NCBI GenBank assembly: GCA_051313645.2
Contig: JBNRSN020000022.1
Location: forward strand, 57,970,001 to 58,034,000
DNA length: 64,000 nt
Origin: Centroscyllium fabricii
Taxonomy: Eukaryota
Direction: 5' to 3'
In this document: positions 35,860 to 47,734 of the stretch, piece after piece
Layout: every line of letters begins with the position of its first letter
Numbering within the stretch: the first letter of the stretch is position 1
Program-made: the position numbers and the translations under genes
The notes under the pieces: generated by a model
The model's database searches: none
Seen by the model: the letters and a program-made list of their open reading frames with translations, nothing else
What the model was told of the DNA's origin: nothing

Positions 35860-36524
35860 GGGTTAAAAATTGAGTAGCGTCCCTAACTTCACCGGTTTTT
35901 AGCACCCTGTAAAAATGAGCGCCCCGTGCCGGAAATTGAGTGGTTGCGCCCCAAAAGGGAAGCCGGGTGCTACTGCAAGCGCCCCGCCTCCCTCTTGGGC
36001 GCTGCGAGTCAATATTGCGGCGCTACGTGCCGTGGTATTGCAGGCCTTCCTCCCCTTCTTAAAGGGGAGGGGCCTTGTGCAGCGCGACCCAGGATTCGGG
36101 AGTGCCGGCCAAAGAGCCCGGCATGCACTCGAGAGAGAGAGAGAGAGAGGTGCCGCGCTCTTGGAGCGCAGCCGGCACTCCGCGGGGGTGGGTGGGGTGC
36201 GTTCAGGAGGTCAGAGACGGGAGCGCAGGCAGGTGCTGGCAGGCGGCTAGCAACAAAAATGGCCACCCTGCGCCTTGCCTTTAAATTGCGCCTCCTCGGC
36301 TGCAGGTAGGCCCCCCATAGCCCGTCAGATATAGCATCCGGCGGTAAGTCGGGGCGCTCCCGAAGATCGTGGCCGGGGCGCTGTGCACGGTGATGACATC
36401 AGCGCTGCGGGACGCTACCGGTTAGCACCGCCGCTAACCTCCCACTAAATTGCTTAGGTGGCGCCGCGCCCGAGCGCAAGTTGCTTTGTGCCCCGTTAGC
36501 GCAAAGCAGCCCAACTTTTACCCC
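35860..36524. mobile_element. Harbinger-type GC-rich MITE
   Basis: Imperfect TIRs GGGTTAAAAATTG / CAACTTTTACCCC, flanks CTT/ATT, and TAGCGC-type motifs as in 27562-28449. Confidence 0.6.
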
Positions 36525-36548
36525 ATTCTATTCCTATACAATTGATAT

Positions 36549-38315
36549 TGTAGCAGAGCCACTAGGGGGAGACATCCCGATCTCCCCAAAGAGTCAGAAT
36601 CCACATTCCAGAGTTGGTCCCGCCCCTGTTTCCCCATTGATTAGTGGGACCAACATTTCTGGTCCCTAATTGGTCCTGCGGGCTGTCCGTCAAAAGCCCC
36701 ATCATGCTTTGCATTTTCGCACCTTTTGTTAGTCATTTTCTGGATCGAACCAATAAAGACCTGTTTACGTTTGCTCTGCATTTGTCGACGCTATTATTGA
36801 TTTTCCCTACAATTGGTGACCCTTAATGTTAGCCCCCGAAGGTGCTGACCTGAACGCGAGCCCCGAGGCCGGGCAACGCGAAAGGCCGTCGACTATCAGC
36901 CTCCCCGCCTTTTGCGAGCACCAGGCAGCCGCTTGGTTTTAGCAGACAGGGGCCCAGTTCCGGCTCAATCGCCTCGATAGCGATGAGGACCGCTACCTCG
37001 TCGTCGTTTCGGCTCTGCCTAGCCACATTGCCGCCGACATCGTGGGACCCGCCTCAAACTAACAGGTACACTGCCGTTAAGAGCCGACTGCTCCAGGCTC
37101 ATGACTCACGGAAGATGTAAGGGCCCGGCAACTCTTCAAACTTTCGGACTTAGGCGACTTCACGCCTACGCGACTGATGAATCGCATGCTAGCCCTCCTC
37201 GAGGACCACAAAGACTGTCCTTTGTTTCGGGCGCTATTTATCAGTCTCCTCCCACAGCCTGTGCAATCGGCTTTAGCGAACGTTCGAGGCGGGCCTACGC
37301 CGAGTTGGCCACCGCCGCGGACCGCGTTTGCCTTTGTGCACCCACTAGTTGTGCAGCCACGAGGCTCGCAGCCCCTTCGCAGCGGGCAACGCCTCAAGCA
37401 CAGCCGGGACTCTGTTATTACCACACACGTTTCGGCCCGAAGGCTCATCGCTGCCGACCACCTTGTTCATTTGATGGCAAAGAGGTTGCGCCCAAACACC
37501 ACGCTCCGACCCCGCACCGCCGCCAGGGCCCAGCTGCAGCTAACGCCATTGGCACAGCGGGAAAGCTGCTGTACGTCACGGACTCACTTTCCGGATGAAA
37601 GTTCCTCTGCGACACAGGGGCTCAATGCAGCATTCTGCCAGCTACGCAGCTCGATCGACAAGCAGGCCGCAGTGGCCCACCCCTTGTGGCGGTGAATGGC
37701 ACAGCCATAGCCACTTTCGGAAAATGTTGGGCGGAGATTCGCCTGGGTGGCCAACGGTTTACCTGGGATTTCGTTACAGCCAATGTGGAACATCCATTGC
37801 TGGGCGCGGATTTCCTGTGTGCCCATGGCCTGCTCGTGGATGTCTGGGGCAGACGCCTCATGGACGCGTCTACCTTTACCTTCCTGCCCTGCCAGCGGAG
37901 CGACAGCCAACCCCTCGTGGGCTCCTGCTCTCCTCTTCGCGACAAATATGCGTGCCTTCTGGCCGAGTTCCCGTCCATGACGCAGCCGACCTTTTCCGAG
38001 GTGGCGGCCAAACACGGTGTCCGACATCACATCGCCACGACTGGCCCACCAGTTTTCGTTCGAGCCAGGCGCCTCGACATGGCAGTCACCGAGCAGGAAT
38101 TCTAGGCCATGGAGAAGTTGGGGATCATTTGTCCTTCAAACAGCCCGTGGTCGTCCCCGCTCCACATCGTTCCCAAGCCCGGCTGGCGACTGTGCGGCGA
38201 CTACAGGCGCCTCAATGACGCCAGCACGCCGGACAGATACCCGGTGCCACACATTCAAGACTTTTCGGCACATTTGGCGGGTAAAACAGTTTTTTCAAAA
38301 GTCGACCTCATCCGA
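36549..38315 (+). mobile_element. Ty3/Gypsy LTR retrotransposon, 3'-truncated (5' LTR 36549-36811, PBS, decayed gag-pro-RT)
   Basis: TG...CA LTR with AATAAA, PBS TGGTGACCC (tRNA-Trp-like), Gag CYYHTRFGPKAHRCRPPC, protease FLCDTGA and RT WRLCGDYRRLN...DRYPVP; frameshifts and stops. Confidence 0.9.
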
Positions 38316-38819
38316 AGATGGCCTCCCCATAGCCACATTTACTTCACTTGATGCTGCATACCCTTGCTGCCACATAATGCACCAGTTTGGCACTACCCCA
38401 CACCACCCCTACAATGCCTAAGCCATTCCTTTCACACTCCTCAGCATTGTGGGGGGTACCGTTATGTCTCCCCATTCACTGCAACTCGCTAAGCCACTTC
38501 CAAAGTTGCACACAAATCTGTCCAAGAACGTAAAATGTTAAATAAAGATTTCAATGTTTGACAGCACATTAACAGAAACTTCACACAAACATTGGCTAAA
38601 ACACACAAGTGCCAACGCTTGTGTGTTGTTAGTTGGTATGATTGAACTAGGATGAGGGTGAGTATGAGGGGTGGCTAGTGAAATGGGGAAGTGATAATGT
38701 AGATAGAGAGGGATGGGTGGAGGTGCAAGGTAAGGTGGTGTGAGTAAGGATGTGCAGGAGTAGGGTAGGGAAGGCAGAGTGATGGGGATGTGATGAGTGG
38801 CACAGCAGGATGAGGTTAA

Positions 38820-39062
38820 ACATAGAAACATAGAAGATAGGAGCAGGAGTAGGCTGTTAGGCCCTTCGAGCCTGCTCCGCCATTCAATGAGATCATGGCT
38901 GATCATCCAAACCCAGCACCCCGCCCCTGCCTTCCCCCCATATCCCTATCGAGCCTGCACCGACACACATCCCACCCTATCCCCGTAACCCCACACATTC
39001 AACCCCCCCAACACTAAGGGCCAATTTATCCTGGCCAATCAACCTAACCCGCACATCTTTGG
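38820..39062 (-). mobile_element. HE1-like SINE, 5'-truncated
   Basis: Matches the 3' half of 288-680. Confidence 0.8.
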
Positions 39063-40281
39063 AAGCCAGAGGACTGCTAAAGTTGTACCGTTGTTTAAAA
39101 AGGGAGTAAGGGATCGACCAAGTAATTACAGGCCAGTCAGCCTAACCTCGGTGGGGAAGCAAATTGTTGGAAAAAATTCTGAGGGACAGTATTAATCACC
39201 ATTTTAGAAAGGCACAGATTAATCAAGGACAGTCCGCATGGATTTGTTAAGGGAAGGTCGTGCCTAAATTGATTGACCCTCCTGGTTACCACCTCAAAAA
39301 AATTGAATGAGGGCAGCATGTTTGATGTAGTTACATGGATCATTTGATAAGGTCCCACATGGCAGACTGGTCAGAAAAGTAAAAGCCCATGAGATACAAA
39401 ATTGGCTCAGTGGCAGGAAACAAAGCGTAATGGTCGACGGGTGTTTTTGTGACTGGAAGGGTGTTTCCAGTGGGGTTCCGCAGAGCTCAGTACTGGGTCT
39501 CTTGTTTTTTTGTTATATATCAATGATTTAGACTTCAATGTAGGGAGTATAATTAAGACGTTTGCAGATAATACAAAAATTGCCCGTGTGGTTGATAGTG
39601 AGGACGAAAGCTATAGATTGCAGCAAACTATCAATGGACTGATTAGGCGGGCAGCTAAGTGGCAAATGGAATTCAATCCGGAGAAGTGTGAGGTAATGCA
39701 TTTGGGGAGTGCGAACAAGATGAGGGAATACACGATAAATGGTAGGACACTGAGAGGTGTAGAAGAACAGAGAGACCTGGGAGTGCATGTACACAGATCC
39801 CTGAAGGTAGCAGGACAGGTAGATAAGGTGGTTAAGAAGGCATACGGAATACTTGCCTTTATTAGCCAAGGCATAAAATATAAGAGCAGGGAGGTTGTGC
39901 TTGAACTGTATAAAACACTAGTTAGGCCTCAGCTCGAATACAGCGTGCAGTTCTGGTTGCATTACAGGAAGGATGTGATTGCACTGGAGAGGGTGCAGAG
40001 GAGATTTACAAGGATGTTTCCGGGAGTAGAGAATCTTTGCTATGTGGAAAGATTGGATAGGATGGGTCTGTTTTCTTTGGAACAGAGGAGGCTGAGGGAA
40101 GATTTAATTGAGGTGTATAAAATTGAAGGGGCCTAGTTAGAGTGGCTAGGGAGGGCCTATTTCCCTGAGTAGAGAGGTCAATAACCAGGGGGCAGAGATT
40201 TAAAGTAATTGGTCGGAGCTGAGAATTTTATCACCCAGAAGATGGTGGGGGTGTCTGGAACTCTCTGCCTGAAAGGGTGGT

Positions 40282-40766
40282 CCTCTTTTGTTGAACCAAT
40301 TAACTGTAAATTAATAGAACTTTAAATAAAACTTATCAAATTAAATTAAAATGACATTGGCCGGGTGTGGTAAACCACTGTTGTTGTATTATAGTTCACT
40401 CTTACCTGCTGTATGTAACCTAGCTGGACATGCCTCTGCTGACTCTGCCTGTGGCTCCTCCCTCAGGCCCAGGTATAAAGGTGACTGTTTCCCAACCCCC
40501 CTTCAGTCCTGGACCAGTTGATCAGCGAAGGCATGCTCTCATTCTTTAGTGAATAAAAGCCTATTTGTTACTTGTATAACTTCTAGTCTTTTGGAGTTAT
40601 TGATAGCGCATCAGCGGGGTGATGTTGCACTCCAGTCCCCATGGCGCCCACCAGTCTCGGAAGGCCTCAAGTGTGCCGGTGGGCACCGCGTGCTCCATCT
40701 CCAGGGCTACCCGGGCGCGAACATAGCCGCGGAAGAGAGGCAGGCAATCGGGTCGAACGATCCCTT
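40282..40766 (-). mobile_element. Non-LTR retrotransposon 3' end (Tx1/L1-like) with 14-bp TSD
   Basis: TSD CCTGAAAGGG(T/C)GGT at 40268-40281 and 40767-40780. The minus strand encodes EAFRDWWAPWGLEC. Clade assignment is from recall. Confidence 0.6.
40366..40613 (+). mobile_element. Solo LTR
   Basis: TG...CA ends, TATAAA and AATAAA in order, flanks CCGGG/GCGGG (5-bp TSD with one mismatch). Confidence 0.75.
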
Positions 40767-40944
40767 CCTGAAAGGGCGGTCGAGACAGAGACCCTCATCA
40801 CATTTTAAAAAGTACTTGGATATGCATTTTAAGTGCTGTAACCTACAGGGCTACGGACCAAGTGCTGGAAAGTGGGATTAGGCCGGGTAGCTCTTTCTCG
40901 ACCAGCACAGACACGTTGGGCCGAATGTCCTTCCTCTTTGCCGG

Positions 40945-41380
40945 ATCCTGTGAGAGACAACATCATTCATGTCCGAGGCCGGGACCCAGGAGCGAGGACG
41001 AGCCCAACAGCTACGAAACCCAGGCAGAGAGGACCTGCGGGAAGGAGGGAGGAGGACAGTAGGAGTATGTTTGTGTGTGCTCGGCCGTTGTAGCAGAGCC
41101 TGGTCTCCAATCGTCTTGGATCCCCTTGCCATTGGACCAAGATCTTGCTCGGTCAAGCCCGTGTGGCAGCTGGTGTGCAACGGCCACCCCACGTTAAAAG
41201 AATTCAGGCACAGGCATCTTCCACCCTTTAAAATGAAGTTCGGGACCTGGAACGCCAGGACTCTCATGGACAAAGAGACTGTAGGTCCTGCATTGGACTC
41301 ATCAGTCACCTGAGAACTCATTTATAATGTGGAAGCAAGTCATCCTCGGTTCTGAGGGACTGCCTAAGAGAGAGAGAGAG
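40945..41380 (+). mobile_element. Internally deleted RTE-clade element (5' UTR and ORF start fused to the 3' end)
   Basis: MKFGTWNARTLMD (endonuclease start) joined directly to ...IGLISHLRTH (RTE C-terminus), then a short 3' UTR and (GA)n tail. Confidence 0.7.
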
Positions 41381-41750
41381 CACACTGACAGCGCAAATGT
41401 CAAAGTAAATTTGCGCACGGTCCCATTCAGGAAACCGGCTGATGACACGTCATCAAATGATGTCCTCGGACCCACTTCCTTCAATTGGCCGGAATACTTG
41501 CTGGGAACAAGCCCAATCAGGGGACATTCATGTCTGAAGCCGAGATTGAGCCAGCAGCAGGGCCGTGACCCGCCACCGACGTCGCCCGCCGAGGTAGGGA
41601 AAATCGTGGCCATAATTTCTGCCTTCCATACCACTGAGGGTAAGCCCACATGATTTACTCGTGGTGGTTTGAGGAGGCTGTTTCAGTTTCAAGCATGACG
41701 TGCATACAAGGCAGCTAATCTCACTTAATTTTTTTTACCTAAATAAGTAA

Positions 41751-42095
41751 CACAGAAACACAGAAGATAGGAGCAGGAGTAGGCCATTCGGCCCTTCGAG
41801 CCTGCTCCGCCATTCAATGAGATCATGGCTGATCATCCAAACCCAGCACCCCCTCCTACCCTCTTCCCATATCCCCGTAACCCCACATATTCAATCCCCC
41901 TAACACTAAGGGTCAATTTATCACGGCCAATCAACCTAACCCGCACATCTTTGGACTGTGGGAGGAAACCGGAGCACCCGGAGGAAACCCACGCAGACAT
42001 GGGGAGAATGTGCAAACTCCACACAGATAGTACCCGAGGCTGGATTTGAACCCGGGTCTCTAGTGCTGTAAGGCAACAGTGCTAACCACTGTGCC
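41751..42095 (-). mobile_element. HE1-like V-SINE
   Basis: Near full-length match to 288-680. Confidence 0.85.
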
Positions 42096-42329
42096 CACTG
42101 AGGCTTTACAGGGTAATGTGTCATAAAGTAAACTTTGACAGTCAATTAAATATCACAGAAATGGAAATTTTAATTGCCGTATTTTTACAAAGTATCAGCG
42201 TTTTTCATGCAAAAATAAGTTTTATAATGTATTGATTTAATATTCAGCCATGGGTAGCAATAATTGTATTCCATTTACAGGTAACAACTGAAAAGGCTCT
42301 TGGAATCATAATTATTTAATTTAATCTAG

Positions 42330-42432
42330 GGAAACTTGGTAGCAGTTGGAACACACAAAGGATATGTTCAGATCTGGGATGCAGCTGCAGGGAAGAAATT
42401 ATCCACGCTGGAAGGACACTCTGCCAGAGTGG
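42330..42432 (+). CDS. fzr1: FZR1 in-window exon 7
   Basis: ag|GNLVAVGTHKGYVQIWDAAAGKKLSTLEGHSARV+G|gt, 103 nt. Confidence 0.97.
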
Positions 42433-42865
42433 GTAAGTTCTTGTATTCAAGTTTGTGGAACTTTTTATTGACCAAGCTTCTGATTTGCCAAGAGCATCTT
42501 TTAAACTAGAATTCTGAAATCTGTTACAACATTGTCGAGCACAAATCTGTTTACAAATAAATAATTACAAATAAACGATTGCAGCTAAGGATATGAAGGA
42601 AGGGAGACAAAGAGACTATTTTAAGTAATGCATTTGATTTTCCATCCAATTGATATATTCTTCAGATATTGGCATTTTCATAGCCCCTGAAAGGCCTGTA
42701 ATAGTTGTTTTCAGGGTAAGATACTGGCATAAATGTGATGACCTCACTAACATTGCTTTAGCAATGTAGCCCATCCTCAGTACTATACTAAGGGAGGGTT
42801 CCAGTTCAGGCCCCCACACTCTTTCCTCCCCTATCTCCCCCCACCCATATTCATGGCAGAAAGGT

Positions 42866-43092
42866 ACATCCCACCCTATCCCCGTAACCCCACATATTCA
42901 ATCCCCCTCACACTAAGGGTCAATTTATCCTGGCCAATCAACCTAACCCGCACATCTTTGGACTGTCGGAGGAAACCGGAGCACCCGGAGGAAACCCACG
43001 CAGACACGGGGAGAATGTGCAAACTCCACACAGATAGTCACCCGAGGCTGGATTTGAACCAGGGTCTCTGGTGCTGTGCCACCGTGCCGCCC
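42866..43092 (-). mobile_element. HE1-like SINE, head and V-domain
   Basis: Matches 430-680. Confidence 0.8.
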
Positions 43093-43817
43093 TTGTTGGC
43101 CTTCCCTCTTCCATCCTTCATAAACTCTACTTTTTCCAAATGGCTGCAGCCCATATCCGACCAAATTCCACTTGCCTATCAGCCCTATCCTCATTGATCT
43201 CCTTTGGCTCCCAGTCCCCCAGTGTCTCTGGAATTCCCTCCCTAAACTGCTCTACCCCCCTCCACCTTTATTTTTAAGATCCTCTTTAAAAAGGCGCTGT
43301 GCTCATGATTTGTGGTAAACTGAACTAAAGTTGAGTCTTCAAGGCAAGGTCTTGCTGCCAAAAGAAGTCTTTTATGTCACACATGTTAGAGATATTGGGT
43401 ATCTTACACACAAATGTATTCCTTGATGAGGCAGCAATTGGCGAGAATGAATTTGTCTATTTCTCGTAGTCTGTGAGCTTGTGCACATTAGCATTTCAAA
43501 AGAGTGACCACCAACCATCAAGAAAACTTTGATCTAACCTATTTATGAGAACAGACCGAAGCACCAACAAAGTAGAGGAATAATCCGTCAATGAATTTGA
43601 GCGTGGATCTCGTCAGTTTGAGTGTTGGCCACCTCCATGAAATAGACAAAGTGGTTCTGTTTCAGTTACAGTTGGCTGAATTTTTTTTAAATTGCATGGT
43701 ATTTACCAGGTCTCAGCTCATAAATATATAATACAGAAATTTCTCAAATCTTTACTGGGAGAAAGCAAAGTAATTAAAAAAAATAAAGAACATAATCCTG
43801 TTTTGTGGAATTAAATA

Positions 43818-44036
43818 TAGGTTGAGCACCGTTAATCCGTTACCTGAAAAATCGGCAACTTCGAACGTCCGGCAATAATTTCCCCGACTGCCCCGCGCAT
43901 GCGCAAAATGGCCGCCGCGATTCATGCTTAGGCGAATGACCTGCGCATGCGCCGCCGAAGCTTCAGTCGTTCAGGATTTTCACTTTCCCGGCACGGGCCT
44001 GGTCCCGCCTGTGCCGGATTAACGGTGCTCAACCTG
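43818..44036. mobile_element. TA-flanked MITE, minimal 219-bp member of the CAGGTTGAGCACC family
   Basis: TA|TAGGTTGAGCACCGTTAATCCG ... CCGGATTAACGGTGCTCAACCTG|TA. Confidence 0.85.
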
Positions 44037-44775
44037 TATCCGGATCTGATTGGGTCCATGCAATCAAAGTATCACGTGCTTAATAGGGATCAGTGGGTAA
44101 CATTTTTTAGTTTTCTACAATTATATGTTCATATATCCCTACGTTATTACATAACAAAACGTTGAATAGTATGGATGTAGCTCCTTTTATCGATATAATA
44201 CCTGTAGTTCTATACATTGAGAGATACTGGTCTTTGGCCCAAATTGTCTTTCTGCCACCCCCCCGCCCCCCTGCCCCCCTTCAAAGTTTAGCACTTAGAC
44301 TGTCTAGTTTTATTTAAAGTTTATTCAGGTAGGCAAATTAGGAACAACTATTGCTAGGTGTCCCAATGCCATTGCTATGGCTGCCTTTTTATTTGCAACT
44401 TCACTCTTCCAAAATTCCATCAATATATTTACATCATCCCAAACCTGCAAGTCTAAGGTCTCAGGAAGCTGAAATAAAATATTCATGAAATGGTCCCCCT
44501 TCCACTGGGAAGACATTTAACACACAAATGGACTTTTAAAGGAATTGCTGATGCCTATGGTATTCTGTATGCAAGATTAACAGTTGGCAGAAACGAAAGA
44601 CTAACTTTGGACTAAGAATACTTTCTGATAGGCTGTTGTCAGCAGTCTAATTGGTTTCCAATCAACTCAAATTGAAGCAGCTTTCTGTTTAAAATAAAAT
44701 CGATACAAGTTTTCAGTAGTTGTGTACATTTTCAGCATTGCAAGCAGTTTACATGTAAGGTTGATTGTGCTATAG

Positions 44776-44960
44776 GGGCTCTCGCATGGAATGCTGATCA
44801 GCTGTCATCAGGAAGTAGAGACCGTCTTATTCTTCAGAGAGATATCCGCACCCCACCATTGCAATCTGAGCGACGGCTTCAGGGTCACAGACAGGAAGTT
44901 TGTGGTTTGAAGTGGTCGACAGATCACCAGCTTCTGGCCTCAGGAGGAAATGACAACAAG
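44776..44960 (+). CDS. fzr1: FZR1 in-window exon 8
   Basis: ag|(G)ALAWNADQLSSGSRDRLILQRDIRTPPLQSERRLQGHRQEVCGLKWSTDHQLLASGGNDNK|gt, 185 nt. Confidence 0.98.
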
Positions 44961-45221
44961 GTAATGAAATCTACAAAGAAAAAATGTGATGCACTAAGTT
45001 AAGCTGATCTAAGCTGTGGTGGCCATAGGGGCCTTACATTTGGGCTCCATGCCCTTTTGTTAGGGAGGAGGAAATGGGGTTCCCACTCCTGATCGAAGGG
45101 CCGAATGGCCTACTCCTGCTCCTAGTTTCTATGTTTCTATGATCCCTATTAAGTGATTCCTGCAAAAAAGGGCACTCTTAAACAGGAGAAGCCTTGGCTG
45201 TGATCCTTCCAATGAGACATA

Positions 45222-46018
45222 GGGCAGAATTTTCCTCAAGGTGCGGGAACCTGGCGGGTTCTGGGCGGATCAGCTTTCTGGCCTGCCCGCCCAAGGGCCT
45301 GGGAACCCCACGCAATTTTCGCGAAATTGGGCAATTAATTCACCGCGTGTGGGGAGCCACTTCCAATTGCTTGAATCGAGTTGGAAAGCAACAGGTTGCA
45401 GCTGGGAGCCGGAGGTTTGAGTGACAGTTCTAGGGACTGTCTGTTGTCAGTTTCCATTGAAACAGTCCATTGTGACATCACAATGGAGTGCAACCAATCG
45501 CAAAGCCCAAGTGAGTTGAGTGACAGGTGTGCGGACATGCTGGAAATCTTTCAGAGTTAGGGACCGTCTCTCAATCCAGCATTTCACCATCTGTCAAGTT
45601 AAGTGTTTTACGGTTTTTCTCCACAGATGGCCCTCAGAAAATGGAGTCACTTACACCTCCAGGGTGTTGAAGGCCTGGAAAGCATTCGCTCTAGCTCCTT
45701 CAATGCCTTGAAGGTGAAAGTGACCAAGCCGACTGTGATCCCACTAGCTTTCACCAGCGGGGTTTCAGGATGGCGGGGTTTGGGTGGGAAAGGCCTGAAA
45801 ATAGCAATGGGCCCTGAAAATGGGATTGCTGTTCCCATTAATTGACCATTAAGGGCCCTTACGACCATCCCCGCTGATGCCCGGGACTGAGGCGGGCCGA
45901 TCGGAGCCGTCGGGTGAAATTGACAAGCGGGCGGGAAGCCGGTGGGAGGGGTCGCTGACCCCCGTTTTAGCGTTTTTGGGGTTTTTTTGCCACTCACCTC
46001 CCGCCCAAAATCCTGCCT
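45222..46018 (+). mobile_element. Harbinger-type MITE, relative of 59947-60721
   Basis: GGGCAGAATTTT ... AAAATCCTGCCT. Shares GCGGGAACCTGGCGGG, the TGTGACATCACA palindrome and a CCAAT box with 59947-60721. TSD not clear. Confidence 0.65.
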
Positions 46019-46084
46019 CACGGCCCGACACACCCAACTCTAAGAACTATATCTCACACACATACTCATGGGCAATTTTTAGTA

Positions 46085-46264
46085 TCTCCAATTCACCTAA
46101 CCTGCATGTCTTTGGGTGGTGGGAGGAAACCGGAGTACCCGGAGGAAACCCACACGAACATGGGGAGAACATGCAAACTCCACACAGAGGTCCTGGGCCA
46201 AGCAGGATTCGAACCCAGGAGCTCCTTATTGCGAGGCAGCAGTGCTAACCACTGCGCCACCATG
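46085..46264 (-). mobile_element. Divergent V-SINE
   Basis: tRNA-like head and V-domain variant (GTGGGAGGAAACCGGAGTACCCGGAGGAAACCCAC). Confidence 0.7.
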
Positions 46265-46432
46265 TCTAGGTCCTACATTCCTAAGCAAGGATAGGAGACA
46301 AACTTATCAGCTTCTAGTTTCCACTAATTTTAATTCTAAAGTTATAGTTTCTTCTAACTTTTAATTCTAAGAAGTCATTTTTGTCCCCTTACACTTGGTT
46401 TGCTGAATGAGCAGAATAATTGAAAAACTATA

Positions 46433-47152
46433 CAGGTTGTGCACCGTTAATTCGGCACGGGCGCGTCTAGGCCTGCGCCAGTATACCGAAAAAGCCGGGA
46501 GAATGAAGCCGGCCAGTGCGCATCGCGCACCATTCAAAATGGCCACGTGCATGCGCATAACATTGGAAATGGCCGCCGTGAAGTTTTGAAGAGTCCTAAA
46601 GAAATGTTAAATAACAACAGAAAAACGCTGGAGAAACTCAGCAGGCCAGGCAGCATCGGTGGAGAGAGGAGCAGAGTTGGCGTTTCAGGTCGATGTCCTT
46701 TTTTCAAAACTAGAGAAGCCGGGAGGGGAGATAGATTTTAAAGCTTGTGGGGGAATGTTTATGGATGTGATAGGTGCAGACGCGGAGCTTCTCACTCCTC
46801 GCGCACATAGAGGGAGCAGACCTTTTCATCCACAATGTTGGTGCGGGAAACATTTCACATTCGCATTATTATCCCACCGGCTTCAGCCCAGCTTTTACAA
46901 GGAAGCCGCACCGCTGGCCGCTCAGTGCCATCTTCCTCACCCGCCCACCCGCAGCATTCTGGGAGCACAGGCACCACTTCTCTTCCAACGGCCGTTTTGA
47001 ATGATCTGCGCGTATGCTTGCATGCGCAGATCATTCGGCGAAGCATCGATCGCGGCGGCCATTTTGCGCATGCACAGGACAGTCAGGGCAATTTGTTCCG
47101 GAAGACTGAAGCTGCCGGCTTATCGGGTAATGGATTAACAGTGCACAACCTG
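46433..47152. mobile_element. TA-flanked MITE (same TIR family) with about 370 bp of unrelated cargo
   Basis: TA|CAGGTTGTGCACCGTTAATTCGG ... TGGATTAACAGTGCACAACCTG|TA. The arms match those of 23439-24377 but the interior differs. Confidence 0.85.
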
Positions 47153-47354
47153 TATTACAGTCTCCCTATAGGTATATTGTTCTTCCAGTACTTAAACGCT
47201 GGGTCAGTTACTTCAGTTATGTTCATTCAAATTTTGTGCGCCCTTGTTCATGGAGGTCCAATCTGAAGTGATTTGATGGGCTTCATCACTTGTCTGAATG
47301 GTGGAGCATGCTCGAAGGGCCGAATGGCCTACTCCTGCTCCTATCTTTAAAAAA

Positions 47355-47734
47355 GGGCGGCACGGTGGTATCGTGGTTAGCATTGGGGTCTCACAGCACT
47401 GGAGACCCGGGTTCAAATCCGGCCTCGGGTACGATCTGTGTGGAGTTTGCACATTCTCCCCGTGTCTGCGTGGGTTTTCTCCGGGTGCTCCGGTTTCCTC
47501 CCACAGTCCAAAGATGTGCGGGTTAGGTTGATTGGCCAGGATAAATTGACCCTTAGTGTTAGGGGGATTGAATATATGGGGATAGGGTTGGATATGTGTC
47601 GATGCAGGCTCGATAGGGATTTGGGGAGAGGGCAGGGGCGGGGTGCTGGGTTTGGATGATCAGCCATGATCTCATTGAATGGCGGAGCAGGCTCGAAGGG
47701 CTGAATGGCCTACTCCTGCTCCATGTTTCTATGT
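47355..47734 (+). mobile_element. HE1-like V-SINE, full length, sense to fzr1
   Basis: GGGCGGCACGGTGG head, V-domain and CR1 tail. Confidence 0.85.

Larger units (their letters stand above)
39063..40935 (+). mobile_element. Degenerate CR1 LINE 3' half, interrupted at 40282-40766
   Basis: ORF 39510-40136 is collinear with the ORF2 RT/C-terminus; the sequence resumes after the insertion. Confidence 0.85.

Noticed and set aside
47355-47430. tRNA genes
   Set aside because: A/B-box sequences are SINE heads continuing into the V-domain, not stand-alone cloverleaves.
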